63,273 nt of DNA from Kiritimatiellia bacterium (lineage in GTDB: Bacteria; Verrucomicrobiota; Kiritimatiellia; RFP12; UBA1067), in the NCBI GenBank assembly GCA_045598585.1, contig JAZLMG010000047.1, positions 1 to 63,273 on the forward strand. Reading direction: 5' to 3'. The notes below the pieces were generated by a model, which was not told the DNA's origin, did no database searches, and saw only the letters and a list, made by a program, of their open reading frames with translations. Positions within the stretch are counted from its first letter, which is position 1, and every line of letters starts with the position of its first letter. Position numbers and translations under genes: made by a program. This document shows positions 9,641 to 18,871 of this stretch, in pieces.

Positions 9641-11239
9641 ATGATGAGTAAAGCTATGATCAGTCTCGATAATTTCACTACGTTTGCTAATACGGCGCTG
9701 CAGGGCCCTTCGGGGGAGAAGTCGACGATCAGCGTTGGTCAGGATGGAAAGTTGCTTAATGCCGGCAGGTGGTATCGCCTCGGCACGAGAACGGCTGAAT
9801 TCAAGGCGCATAATCTTGAAGTGCGTACGCATTTCTATGAAGCGGTTTGCAAAACCTTCGGAGGACGCGAAAAAATTCCCGATAGCGTAATGGCGGTGTT
9901 GAAACTCAATGACTTCGGTCTCGATGGCGACGGCAAGGTGACCAGTAATCGTCCGCTTACAGCGCGTCGCATTTTGGCGGTAACCGAAGCCATTCGTCAG
10001 ACCGCTCCGGAGGCAATCGCTTCGGGTTTGGCGACTCCGGGTAACAGAGGTGCCATTGCGCGTATGGCCCCGGTCGAGAGCAAGATTATCAAGGCCACGG
10101 GCTTCGCCTCCGTCGAAGAAATGAAGGCACATGTCGCGAACAAAATCGAAACCTTTTATCGTACCGCCCAGCAGGTTAGGTGGGCTGATGTCGAGTCGAA
10201 TAGCGCTCAGACCTACGCTCGGACAATTACGGGCATGGGCGCGCTCGTCGATATAATGAATGCGCGCCTCGATTCGATCGATCAGAATTTGTGCCGCGGA
10301 TTGTTCGACAAAATGCTTGATTGCGTTATGATCGGTAAGTTCGCTAATGCGGCAGATAGAGTTGATACGAAGGGCAAGATGGCTTCGATTCTGCATTGTC
10401 AGTTGGATATGATCGATGAAGCGAAGAGCGATCTCAATGACGGTTTTGTAAATGAATTCGAACGCTTGATGAAAGCGGTCACTCCCGAATACGAGAATAC
10501 TTTTGAGGGAATCGCCGAAGCGTATGACAAGATGCTCGATTTGATGGCGAGCACCGGTGAAGGCGGTATCTCGAATTATGCGGTCGCACGTTTTCAGGAC
10601 ATGCTCGTTCGTCCGGCCTTGATCCAGTGCAATCCGAATAATCGCTCCTACACGATCACAATCGACGATCTTGCGAAAAATACTCCTTTCGCGAGTTCGG
10701 ACAATCTCGCGAAGTGGTTGAAAGCGGGGCTCGGCGAAGACGCTACCACTATCAACTTCATGACCGGCGTCGGCTCGCTCGCAAATGATCTCCCGCGTGG
10801 CGTTAACGGCGACTTCTTCTTCACAATCGGTTCGGGAGAAGAGGCGATTAAAGTCGATGGTAAGGTCACGAGGAATCAGGGGCAGCAGACTGTTGATGAG
10901 TGCTTGCAGGTTTCGAAGAATGTTCTAAACGCGATTAAAACCAAATTCCCGAATTCGACCAAGGAACAGCAGAATATCGTGATGCAGGCGCTTTCGCAAA
11001 ACAGCTTGATGTGGGCGAGAACGTTCCTTTTCCCCGGAGCCGAACATGCGGCAGGCGATTTTACGATTGAAGAAGTTCCCGGTTCGAGCGATATTAAGGT
11101 CGGCTTCAAGGCAAAGGAAATTAAGGGTGCGGGGATCGTTCAAGATTACAGCCACGCCTACCTCATTCATACGGATGGCACGGGCGAAATGGTTGAGTTC
11201 GAACGCTCGAAGGCGATTGAACCCGACTCCGAAGCGTGA
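9641..11239 (+). CDS. Putative type III effector (532 aa)
   Basis: ECF motif directly upstream, no Sec signal, N-terminus ISLDNFTTFAN; no recognised catalytic motif. Confidence 0.6.
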   Translation: MMSKAMISLDNFTTFANTALQGPSGEKSTISVGQDGKLLNAGRWYRLGTRTAEFKAHNLEVRTHFYEAVCKTFGGREKIPDSVMAVLKLNDFGLDGDGKVTSNRPLTARRILAVTEAIRQTAPEAIASGLATPGNRGAIARMAPVESKIIKATGFASVEEMKAHVANKIETFYRTAQQVRWADVESNSAQTYARTITGMGALVDIMNARLDSIDQNLCRGLFDKMLDCVMIGKFANAADRVDTKGKMASILHCQLDMIDEAKSDLNDGFVNEFERLMKAVTPEYENTFEGIAEAYDKMLDLMASTGEGGISNYAVARFQDMLVRPALIQCNPNNRSYTITIDDLAKNTPFASSDNLAKWLKAGLGEDATTINFMTGVGSLANDLPRGVNGDFFFTIGSGEEAIKVDGKVTRNQGQQTVDECLQVSKNVLNAIKTKFPNSTKEQQNIVMQALSQNSLMWARTFLFPGAEHAAGDFTIEEVPGSSDIKVGFKAKEIKGAGIVQDYSHAYLIHTDGTGEMVEFERSKAIEPDSEA

Positions 11240-11273
11240 TCGATTCCAAAAATCCGGCGCGACTTTAAAAGAT

Positions 11274-11301
11274 GCTCCTCGCCGAAAAGTTCGGGATAAA
11301 T
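11274..11301 (+). repeat. 28-bp direct repeat, copy 2
   Basis: Identical to 8163-8190; read in the NAT frame it gives LLAEKFGINNL-stop. Confidence 0.9.
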
Positions 11302-11337
11302 AATTTGTAACTTTTAGTGCAGTTCGTTGGTTGTTGA

Positions 11338-11405
11338 TGTTCCTGAACGGGAACAATCGGCTTGACAAACGCCCGTCAAATATGATATGATACCTATCGG
11401 TAACA
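11338..11405 (+). promoter_or_regulatory. hipBA promoter with two 18-bp palindromic operators
   Basis: TGTTCC-N6-GGAACA (11338-11355), TTGACA-N18-TATGAT (11362-11391), TGATACC-TATC-GGTAACA (11388-11405). Confidence 0.65.
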
Positions 11406-11421
11406 TTTAAGGGTCGAAGGT

Positions 11422-11631
11422 ATGACTGTAAGCGAGATTGGAAAACTTATTCGCTTGGAGCGAAAGCGCCAGGGAATTTCGCAGCTTGAGCTTTCTCAAG
11501 CTGCCGACGTAGGACGTCGCTTTATCGTCGAACTGGAAGGCGGGAAAGAAACTTCCCACCTCGGCAAAGCCCTAAAGGTCATGGGCGTTTTAGGAATGAC
11601 GGTTAATCTTTCCGGCGCGAAAGGATTTTGA
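11422..11631 (+). CDS. hipB: HipB-like XRE HTH antitoxin
   Basis: 69 aa HTH (RKRQGISQLELS...FIVELEGGKET) overlapping hipA. Confidence 0.85.
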   Translation: MTVSEIGKLIRLERKRQGISQLELSQAADVGRRFIVELEGGKETSHLGKALKVMGVLGMTVNLSGAKGF

Positions 11632-12896
11632 TTATGGCCCCTCCGATCGTGCGAAAAGGAAAGTTGGTCGTTTATCTTTTAGGTAAGCGCGTCGGAATGC
11701 TCGATTATTCTTCGCATCGTAATGAAATGCGCTTTAGCTATGATGCCGAATACATGAACGATGGGAAAGCCATTCCTCTTTCGTACGCTCTGCCGCTAAG
11801 TGTAGCGTCGTTCGATTCGGAAAAGACCACAGCATTCTTTGAGAACTTGCTTCCACCGGATTCGGTGCGCCGTAAACTGGGACCTGTATTACACCTTTCG
11901 CGTCATAATATCTTCGGGTTTCTTGAGGCTATAGGCGGAGATTGCGCGGGAGCGATATCGCTTTGGCCGGAAGGCGCCAATCCAACTCAAGATGACGAGA
12001 AGCTTTTGACATTGTCGGAAGATGAAGCCGATTCGATTCTCAAGGCGCTTAAGAAACGCCCGTTATACGTTAATGGCATAGATGGTTATCGTATCTCCGG
12101 CGCCGGAGCGCAGAATAAGTTAATTGCACGAATCGACAGAGAAGGGCGTCTCGTGCTGCCGCTTTTCGGAGCACCCTCGACGCATCTCATCAAACCTTCG
12201 GTGGAAGAATATCCCGATACGATTTACAATGAGCATTTCTCGATGGAACTGGCAAGAAAACTAGGTTTGCCAACTGCCACGAATGGTCTAATGCGAATTA
12301 AAGATTCTGTTTATTATTGGACGGAACGCTATGATCGTGAAGTTAAGAGAGGCGAAATATTACGACTGCATCAGGAAGATTTTTGCCAGATACTCGGCGT
12401 TCAGGGCGAGATGAAATATGAAAGTGAAGGCGGCCCCGATTTCAAGAACTGCACGAAGGTGATGACAGACATGAAACTCGGTCTTAATCATCTTTTAAGT
12501 TTCGTGGACCGTATGATTTTCAACTTTCTTATCGGTAATGCCGATGCTCACGGTAAGAATTCCTCGATTCTCTATCGCGAAGATAAGGCCGGTTTGGCGC
12601 CGATATACGACGTTATGAGTACGGCCATTTATCCGAATCTTTCAAAGATCAATGCGATGTCGATAGGTGGAGCGAAAAACATGTCGGAAGTTTCTCGTCG
12701 AAACTTTGAGATAATGGCCGAAGAAGCGAATTTGCGACCTCAGCTTGTGCTGAATCGTCTCGACAATATGCTCGCAAAAATAGGATTATATGCCAAGGAG
12801 CTCGTCGAAGCTTTGAACGAAACTTGGCCAAGCGAGGTATACGGCAAGATCGTTTCTGTGATCGAAGCGCAGTCTCGACAAGTTTCCCGGGATTAA
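11628..12896 (+). CDS. hipA: HipA-family kinase toxin
   Basis: FFENLLP, GDCAGAI, SGAGAQNKL, LHQEDFCQ, GNADAHGKN, LAPIYD. Confidence 0.93.
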   Translation: MIMAPPIVRKGKLVVYLLGKRVGMLDYSSHRNEMRFSYDAEYMNDGKAIPLSYALPLSVASFDSEKTTAFFENLLPPDSVRRKLGPVLHLSRHNIFGFLEAIGGDCAGAISLWPEGANPTQDDEKLLTLSEDEADSILKALKKRPLYVNGIDGYRISGAGAQNKLIARIDREGRLVLPLFGAPSTHLIKPSVEEYPDTIYNEHFSMELARKLGLPTATNGLMRIKDSVYYWTERYDREVKRGEILRLHQEDFCQILGVQGEMKYESEGGPDFKNCTKVMTDMKLGLNHLLSFVDRMIFNFLIGNADAHGKNSSILYREDKAGLAPIYDVMSTAIYPNLSKINAMSIGGAKNMSEVSRRNFEIMAEEANLRPQLVLNRLDNMLAKIGLYAKELVEALNETWPSEVYGKIVSVIEAQSRQVSRD

Positions 12897-12928
12897 TAAT
12901 CAAATGAGTTTCTGTCTATTGGTGAGAT

Positions 12929-12961
12929 AAAAAACGGGGAGGGCTCTTTAGGCCCTCCCCG
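12929..12961 (-). terminator. Intrinsic terminator (possibly bidirectional)
   Basis: Stem CGGGGAGGGC/GCCCTCCCCG with an A6 tract on the left, between convergent genes. Confidence 0.8.
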
Positions 12962-12969
12962 CTTGGGTT

Positions 12970-13743
12970 TTATGAAGGTGTCCAGGTTGAAGGATCGACT
13001 CTCGCTACAATCTTGTGGCGCTGAGCATTCGCATCGTGAACGCCCGCTCGGCTGACCATTTCGATCTCAATCGAGAAGGGCGGTTCCGATCCCATTCGAG
13101 GACAGGACTTGGGCGACATAGGCCACGGAATACGAAGCTTCGTGCCGTTGTCGAAGGGCTTCCATTCGCTGATGGTCGAGCAGCAAACTCCGCCGTAGAT
13201 CGAGTTAAAGCGTACATACATATTTTCGTACGCTTTTTCCTCCGCATCAGGGGCGTTCCAGAGGTTCTTGCCGGAAAGAATCATATCTTCGCCGAAGTTG
13301 AGCCAATCCTTCTCCGGCGCCGAAACGCTGTGAAGCGAGTCAAGAACTACGAGCGGAGCACGATTTTCGATTCGAACATCGAAAGTCGGGCGGAACTGAC
13401 GGAAGCGAGCGAGCGGAAGCATGTTAAGCTTGAGCTTGTGTTCGCTAGAGTCAAATCGGCCTCCCTTTTTGCGGAATCCGCCGCGCACACCTACCGCTAG
13501 CTCAAGGTAATTCCCGAGCTGACGAGTGTGCCCGTCTGACTCGATGCCTTCGATAGCCGTATTCATAACGGTATCGAAGTAAGCGCCGAGGAGACTCGGG
13601 CTAAGGTTGAGCTTGTGTGAGGCTGAGGCGAGGACTTCGCTCCAACTGACTACTTGCTGATCGAGTACGTATCCCTTGAGTCCGCCTCCCTTGATGAAAG
13701 ACGTAGGGGTCTCGTTTACTTTAATTACCAATGGTGATGGCAT
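12970..13743 (-). CDS. HU/IHF-like DNA-binding domain protein with C-terminal Ig-like domain (DUF4469-type architecture)
   Basis: Helix-helix then DGHTRQLGNYLELAVGVRGGF...FDSSEHKLKLNMLP; AAGGAG RBS before the ATG at 13743. Confidence 0.6.
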   Translation of the reverse strand: MPSPLVIKVNETPTSFIKGGGLKGYVLDQQVVSWSEVLASASHKLNLSPSLLGAYFDTVMNTAIEGIESDGHTRQLGNYLELAVGVRGGFRKKGGRFDSSEHKLKLNMLPLARFRQFRPTFDVRIENRAPLVVLDSLHSVSAPEKDWLNFGEDMILSGKNLWNAPDAEEKAYENMYVRFNSIYGGVCCSTISEWKPFDNGTKLRIPWPMSPKSCPRMGSEPPFSIEIEMVSRAGVHDANAQRHKIVARVDPSTWTPS

Positions 13744-13773
13744 AACTTTACTCCTTATACCTAAGAACAAACT

Positions 13774-13915
13774 GAAAGCTTGCGACTCAAAAAACGCTAG
13801 GTAGCGCTTTAAGAAACCTTAGGTTGCATCTTCAAAAAAGATACGTAGCGTTTTTATGTTCGCAACCTTGCGCGAGACACTTCGCTACGCGGCATTTCTT
13901 TAATCGCAACATAAT
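13774..13915. repeat. Degenerate 10-bp palindromes at exact 22-bp spacing
   Basis: gaaagcttgc, gctaggtagc, cttaggttgc, gatacgtagc, gcaaccttgc, gctacgcggc, gcaacataat at 13774+22n. Confidence 0.7.
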
Positions 13916-13971
13916 TTCTCCTTTTCGAGTCCTAGTTCTCATGTTTGCTCAATTAGGTGGATTATCTGTTT

Positions 13972-14126
13972 CCTGTTGATACCCAGTTGACCACCAGTTA
14001 GTCACCAGTTTACCGCCAGTTAGCTGTCAGTGACAGTCGTTATAACTGATTGGATTCGGTGACATACCGGTGGTGAACTGGTGATATACTGGTGACGTAC
14101 TGGTGATGAACTGGTGGTTAACTGTT
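13972..14126. repeat. Two opposed arrays of 11-bp-period repeats (CCAGTT / ACTGGT)
   Basis: CCAGTT-like at 13972, 13983, 13994, 14005, 14016, 14027; ACTGGT-like at 14066, 14077, 14088, 14099, 14110, 14121. Confidence 0.85.
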
Positions 14127-14550
14127 GATGAGGTGGTACATCGTCTTGCCGCGTTCACAGGCCTCGCACTCGATTAAATTGCACATTTCAAGCGTCATAA
14201 TGATTTTCTTGAAAGTTACCGAATCGACTCCGAGCTTGTGGACGAGTGTGGCACGGTCGAGAGACCCTCCTGCCTTCGCGAGGAGCCCCATCGCGCGCTT
14301 CTTGAGGCGGTCGAACTTACCCTCCGCTACGTAGAACTGGGACATGTAGAGCATTCGGTTCGTGAGGTGAGTCGCGAATTTCGTGCCCCAAATAACTCCG
14401 TCCGCCGTAATCTGCGGCTTCGTTGGGACGAGGCGCGACCTTCATCGTGTATTCCTTAAGCTCATTTACGAAACCGGGAACGCTCAAGAGCTCATTCGAG
14501 ACGATTCCGGGGTCCTCGAAGTCGAGGACGTTATTGTTGTTAGTTGCCAT
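14118..14550 (-). pseudogene. Internally deleted mobile-element primase/helicase-like gene (DUF3987-like)
   Basis: N-part LLSVPGFVNELKEYTMKVAPRPN joins out of frame near 14420 to PQITADGVIWGTKFATHLTNRMLYM... and a winged-helix-like end; family recalled from memory. Confidence 0.5.
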
Positions 14551-14692
14551 TATTTGGCTCCTTTCTTGTGGGTTTAGTGAAACATTCAATTGTCAAAGAT
14601 CTATGAGAGTATTGTACGGCTCAGTAGACGATTGGGAGAATAGGGGTATTCTCAAAAGTCCGTTTCACCCCCGATAAACATTACTCGAAATA

Positions 14693-14723
14693 GCGGTAGA
14701 CGATAATGTTTTTCGTCTACTGC
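14693..14723. repeat. Inverted repeat GCGGTAGACGA/TCGTCTACTGC with a third copy at 14622-14631
   Basis: Read directly; lies between divergent genes. Confidence 0.5.
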
Positions 14724-14869
14724 AGGTTATCTCCTGTGGCAGATTTATTCCCTTCGCGGCAGTTTTTTATCCTTTCCGCTTCCAAGATAGACGGAAATTT
14801 GGTATAATATTATCAAATTAGCAAGATGGGTCTTGCTCATAAAAGAGAATTTCAAAGGTAAAGCATGTA

Positions 14870-15928
14870 ATGGCGAATTCAAGAAAAAGTAAAGATAGTG
14901 AGCTTGATTTACAAAAATCGAGCACGGCGCAGTATTTGACATACATAGCTTCATTTGGGATTACGGACGAAAAATTCGAGATTCGTTATGAAAATGAGTC
15001 GATTTGGATGAGCCAAAAGATGCTCGCCGAGGTGTATGGTGTCGATTTGCGAACGGTCAGTTATCACATCAACAAGATTTTCAAAGATGCAGAATTGAAC
15101 GAGGAATCAGTTGTCCAAAAAAATTGGATAACTGCCGCTGATGGCAAAAGATATCTGGTTAATCATTATAATCTCAAAGTGATTATCGCTCTTGGCTTTA
15201 AAATTGATAATGAGCGAGCGGTAGCTTTTCGCAAGTGGGCGAACGAGATTGTCGATAAGTATACGATTCAGGGCTATGTTCTGGATATGCCGCGAATGAA
15301 GAGCGGCTCTCCCTATTCCGACGAGTATTTTGAACACTTGTTGGAAGATATTCGTGAGATTCGCTTAAGTGAGCGTAAGTTCTACCAGAAGATAACAGAT
15401 ATATACGCGACTTCGGTAGACTACGATCGAACAGCTCAACGAACGCGGCGGTTTTTCGCGACAGTTCAAAATAAGATGCATCAAGCAGTTAATGGACTTA
15501 CAGCCGCGCAAATCATCTATTCGCGAGCGGATGCGGCGAAGGATCACATGGGGCTTAATACTTGGGCACAAGCACCGAATGGAAAGATTCGCAAAAGTGA
15601 TGTCATTGTTGCGAAGAACTATTTGAAGGCCGATGAGCTCGATTCGCTTGAACGATTGGTCAATGCATACCTTGAACTTGCTGAAAACGCCGCTAAGCGT
15701 CATATCCCCATGACGATGGAGTCCTGGGAAAAGCGACTCGACAAGTTTATTCAACTATGGGATGGTCCGATTACTGTAGAACATGTCGAAAATGTTACGG
15801 CGGAAGTCGCACAAGATCATGCCGAAGCGGAGTTTGAAAAATTCCGCCCGCTTCAAGATAAGCTCTTTATGAGCGACTATGACCGATACCTCTTGGCTCT
15901 TGAGGCAGAGGCTAAAGGCGAGAGTTGA
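14870..15928 (+). CDS. rhuM: RhuM-family protein
   Basis: IWMSQKMLAEVY, HYNL, FRKWA, IREIRLSERKFYQKITDIYATS, FFATVQNKMH. Confidence 0.92.
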   Translation: MANSRKSKDSELDLQKSSTAQYLTYIASFGITDEKFEIRYENESIWMSQKMLAEVYGVDLRTVSYHINKIFKDAELNEESVVQKNWITAADGKRYLVNHYNLKVIIALGFKIDNERAVAFRKWANEIVDKYTIQGYVLDMPRMKSGSPYSDEYFEHLLEDIREIRLSERKFYQKITDIYATSVDYDRTAQRTRRFFATVQNKMHQAVNGLTAAQIIYSRADAAKDHMGLNTWAQAPNGKIRKSDVIVAKNYLKADELDSLERLVNAYLELAENAAKRHIPMTMESWEKRLDKFIQLWDGPITVEHVENVTAEVAQDHAEAEFEKFRPLQDKLFMSDYDRYLLALEAEAKGES

Positions 15929-15981
15929 TTTGGGCAGAAAAGAGGCGAAGTACGAGCTTTTTGGTTGTATAATATAGGCAT

Positions 15982-17226
15982 ATGGCGGACATAAGAGGTG
16001 ATTGGAACGACCCGAACTTGGCTGAAAAAGCCAAGCAGTTCTTTCTCGATAATTATCGGGAGCAGTATCCTGATTTCTTGCGGAATAGAAAACGAGAAGA
16101 GAAACCAAGCTCGAATCCTACCGGCGGAGGTACAACATTCGAGCTTGCGGTCGATAATTACCCGAAAGAGGTGATATCCGAGGCAAGTGTTCGGTATTTA
16201 TTGAAAACGCATCATCTTCTTGGAGAGATGCTCAATCGAGTCCCGCCGGAAAAGGTTACTGCCGAAGCTGCCGCGATAATTTTGGTTAGAAGGGCGATAC
16301 TGAACATTGCAAGAAAATTTCTCTTTCGCCTTATCGCCTTTTTGATGTTCGATTCTCGTGTTACCAGCAATAAGTCTCAGGTTAAAATCAATGGAGATCA
16401 GGTATTTGATTTCGGCAAGGATTTCCCTTTGAAATTCGAGACGATGACACTGGCGGCAATTCTCTGTAATGTAATCTTCAGTGAACTGCCAATCAACTCG
16501 ACTTTTGCCGAGGAATTATCGATTCTTTCCAATACGATCGCGGTCTTTTTCAGTACATTCGACAATATTTACGACATCAAGGCGATCAGGAAGTGTCGAA
16601 TCGGGTTCGAGGAATACTTGCAAGTGTTCGGGACGACCGATGCTCTCGCTGCCGCGGAGAATTGCCTTCGTCGCTTGAAGACGATGTATCTTGAAATCAC
16701 GAAGCCGAAGGAGGAGCCTAAGCCGGCTCAGCAAGATGACGATAAACTTAAGGCGATTGAAGCGCAACTTGCGAAGCTTACCGATCAAGTGGAAAAGAAT
16801 ACTCAATCGGTCGAAAAGAACACTTACGCGGTCGAGAAGCTCGATCGTCACCAGACGGATTTCCTTGCGAAATTGAAGCAAGTTCTTAACGCTTTCGTTA
16901 AGCTCTTTAGGCCCGGCATGAAGACGCCTACGAGGGAAACGTTGGTCGGTAGTTTGGCCGATAGGTACAAAGGACTTGAGCGATTTAAAGAGCCGCACCG
17001 CTCGCAAATAAAGGCGGTCGTCGATTTGACGTATGAGCGGCCAATCGTTCGCGAGTTCAAGCACAAGGACGACTTCACGCTTGCAGCCGCGGCAAAAGTC
17101 GTTTGGGATAAGAATCACGAGAAGTGGGATAAAATAACGGGCTCATTCGAGACATACGAACAGCTCAAGTCGTCGTGCTACAATCTTCGCGAAAAAGACT
17201 ATGATCCATTTCATTACGCTGTGTAA
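15982..17226 (+). CDS. Hypothetical protein with central coiled coil
   Basis: 414 aa ORF; start right after a TATAAT (probably leaderless). Confidence 0.6.
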   Translation: MADIRGDWNDPNLAEKAKQFFLDNYREQYPDFLRNRKREEKPSSNPTGGGTTFELAVDNYPKEVISEASVRYLLKTHHLLGEMLNRVPPEKVTAEAAAIILVRRAILNIARKFLFRLIAFLMFDSRVTSNKSQVKINGDQVFDFGKDFPLKFETMTLAAILCNVIFSELPINSTFAEELSILSNTIAVFFSTFDNIYDIKAIRKCRIGFEEYLQVFGTTDALAAAENCLRRLKTMYLEITKPKEEPKPAQQDDDKLKAIEAQLAKLTDQVEKNTQSVEKNTYAVEKLDRHQTDFLAKLKQVLNAFVKLFRPGMKTPTRETLVGSLADRYKGLERFKEPHRSQIKAVVDLTYERPIVREFKHKDDFTLAAAAKVVWDKNHEKWDKITGSFETYEQLKSSCYNLREKDYDPFHYAV

Positions 17227-17239
17227 AGATTGTAGTTGC
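17225..17239 (+). repeat. 15-bp direct repeat AAAGATTGTAGTTGC
   Basis: Also at 18615-18629, and 14 bp of it at 1209-1222. Confidence 0.75.
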
Positions 17240-17307
17240 AATTGATAGGGGAAGTGTGGTATAATACTAGGTGAAATTACATCCATAGATGTATTTAGGC
17301 GAATATA

Positions 17308-18000
17308 ATGGCGAAGAACAACATCAATAGCTGTATTCTATATCACGGTTCTGAGTTCAGAATCGATAGGCCTGTATTCGGCCTCGGGAAGGCGCATAAC
17401 GATTATGGGCTAGGATTCTATTGCACGGAAAAGAGTGAGATGGCGAAGGAGTGGGCGGTAACGGAAGCTCACGATGGATATGCGAACAAATATGAGCTCG
17501 ATCTCGAGGGACTTAAAGTTCTGAATCTTGCCAAAGCGCCTTACAACACGCTTCATTGGCTCTCGGTTCTAGTTAAATACCGCGTTTTCGATATGGGAGG
17601 CGGGATTATCGCTTCGGCGGCGAAATACTTGAACGAACATTTCTCGGTCGATGTGGAAGCGTATGATGTGATAATCGGGTATCGCGCAGATGATAACTAC
17701 TTCTCGTTCGCTCGAGGATTTTTGAACGGCACGATTTCTTATGAGCAACTCTGCCGCGCCATTCGCCTGGGAGGACTTGGCCTTCAGACGGTTCTTAAGT
17801 CGCCCAAAGCTTTCGATCAAATAAAGTCGATCGACTTCGAGCGAGCGCTTAGAGCCGACTGGCTCAAAACGCGTCGAGAACGAGAGAATCGCGCACGAGA
17901 AGCTTTTGGCGATATCTTAAGACGCGGCTTTAAGGTCGACGAGCTTTACATGATCAACATCCTGCAACAAGGAATTATGCCTGATGATGCGCGCCTATAG
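17308..18000 (+). CDS. DUF3990-family protein (ART-like putative toxin)
   Basis: LYHGS...NDYGLGFYCTE...AKEWA, YDVIIGYRADD. Confidence 0.8.
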   Translation: MAKNNINSCILYHGSEFRIDRPVFGLGKAHNDYGLGFYCTEKSEMAKEWAVTEAHDGYANKYELDLEGLKVLNLAKAPYNTLHWLSVLVKYRVFDMGGGIIASAAKYLNEHFSVDVEAYDVIIGYRADDNYFSFARGFLNGTISYEQLCRAIRLGGLGLQTVLKSPKAFDQIKSIDFERALRADWLKTRRERENRAREAFGDILRRGFKVDELYMINILQQGIMPDDARL

Positions 18001-18625
18001 AGAATATTATCTGGAAGACGCGATGGGAGTCTTGGGTGCGGCAGTTGAAGCGGCGGTATATCTTTTTAATGTTCCGCTCGAGAAGTTTTGGCCGCTTTTT
18101 CTCGCTTCGCCTTATTCGCGGCGATTCTCGAAAGGCGATCCCTTTACGATTGCGGGCCAGTCGGGCTGGGAGCTCGCGGCAAAAGTTCTTGAAGATGCGA
18201 GCGTCGAGTTTCCTCGCAATTTGCCGGATGAACTTCGTGCACGCACGCCCGAATATTGGGCTGGATGGGCGCTCGCTCAGTATCAGTGGTATCGCGGATT
18301 TTCGTTCGAGGAAATCGAGGAGTTCGCGCCGATAAAGTTCATCGTCTCGTTATATATTCCTTATCATGAAATGAGTATCTTGAGTTTTCATGAAGCGCTT
18401 GATAAGGAATATCGCGTCCGTCACCCGGAGACAAGACTAAAGGAATATCGAAAAGCGGCGGGGCTTACGCGAGATCAACTTGGGGCGCTCGCGCAGGTTT
18501 CTGCGCGGCGCATCGAGCAATACGAACAGCGCTTAAGAGACATTAATTCGGCAAGAGCCGAGGATTTTCTCGCCCTCGCCATGGCTTTGGATGTCGAACC
18601 CGCGAACTTGATCGAAAGATTGTAG
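17984..18625 (+). CDS. Partner protein with C-terminal XRE HTH (putative antitoxin/regulator)
   Basis: Overlaps the DUF3990 gene; PEYWAGWALAQYQW; RLKEYRKAAGLTRDQL...IEQYEQ. Confidence 0.8.
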   Translation: MMRAYREYYLEDAMGVLGAAVEAAVYLFNVPLEKFWPLFLASPYSRRFSKGDPFTIAGQSGWELAAKVLEDASVEFPRNLPDELRARTPEYWAGWALAQYQWYRGFSFEEIEEFAPIKFIVSLYIPYHEMSILSFHEALDKEYRVRHPETRLKEYRKAAGLTRDQLGALAQVSARRIEQYEQRLRDINSARAEDFLALAMALDVEPANLIERL

Positions 18626-18788
18626 TTGCGCTCCGCTTTGGTACCGCGGAACGGACAAGGTCGGCGAATGGTGGTTTTAGACAGGATTTACAAGATTAAC
18701 AGGATTGTTTATCTATGGGGCTTTTGCCCCATACCCCGATATATCGAAAACGGTTTTCGCGGTCAGCCGAAGGCAGAAAGAGAAATGA

Positions 18789-18817
18789 TGTAACCTTACG
18801 AAAGTTAGTGCGTATAC
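18789..18817 (+). promoter_or_regulatory. ECF-type promoter, copy 4
   Basis: TGTAACC-N15-CGTATAC; 28/29 identical to copy 3; nested GTGCGT-N18-TATAAT. Confidence 0.8.
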
Positions 18818-18871
18818 GGGGGGAAATATGATATAATGTATGATGTAAAAATAGAAGAGAGAGAAGATATA

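Noticed and set aside
8163-18629. Integron cassette array
   Set aside because: No integrase and no convincing attC (RYYYAAC...GTTRRRY) structures; genes carry their own promoters
18673-18733. ACAGGATT 9-bp repeats and GGGGC-TTTT-GCCCC hairpin as a terminator
   Set aside because: No U-tract; more likely a REP-like remnant (a reverse-complement arm lies at ~1137-1154), too short to classify
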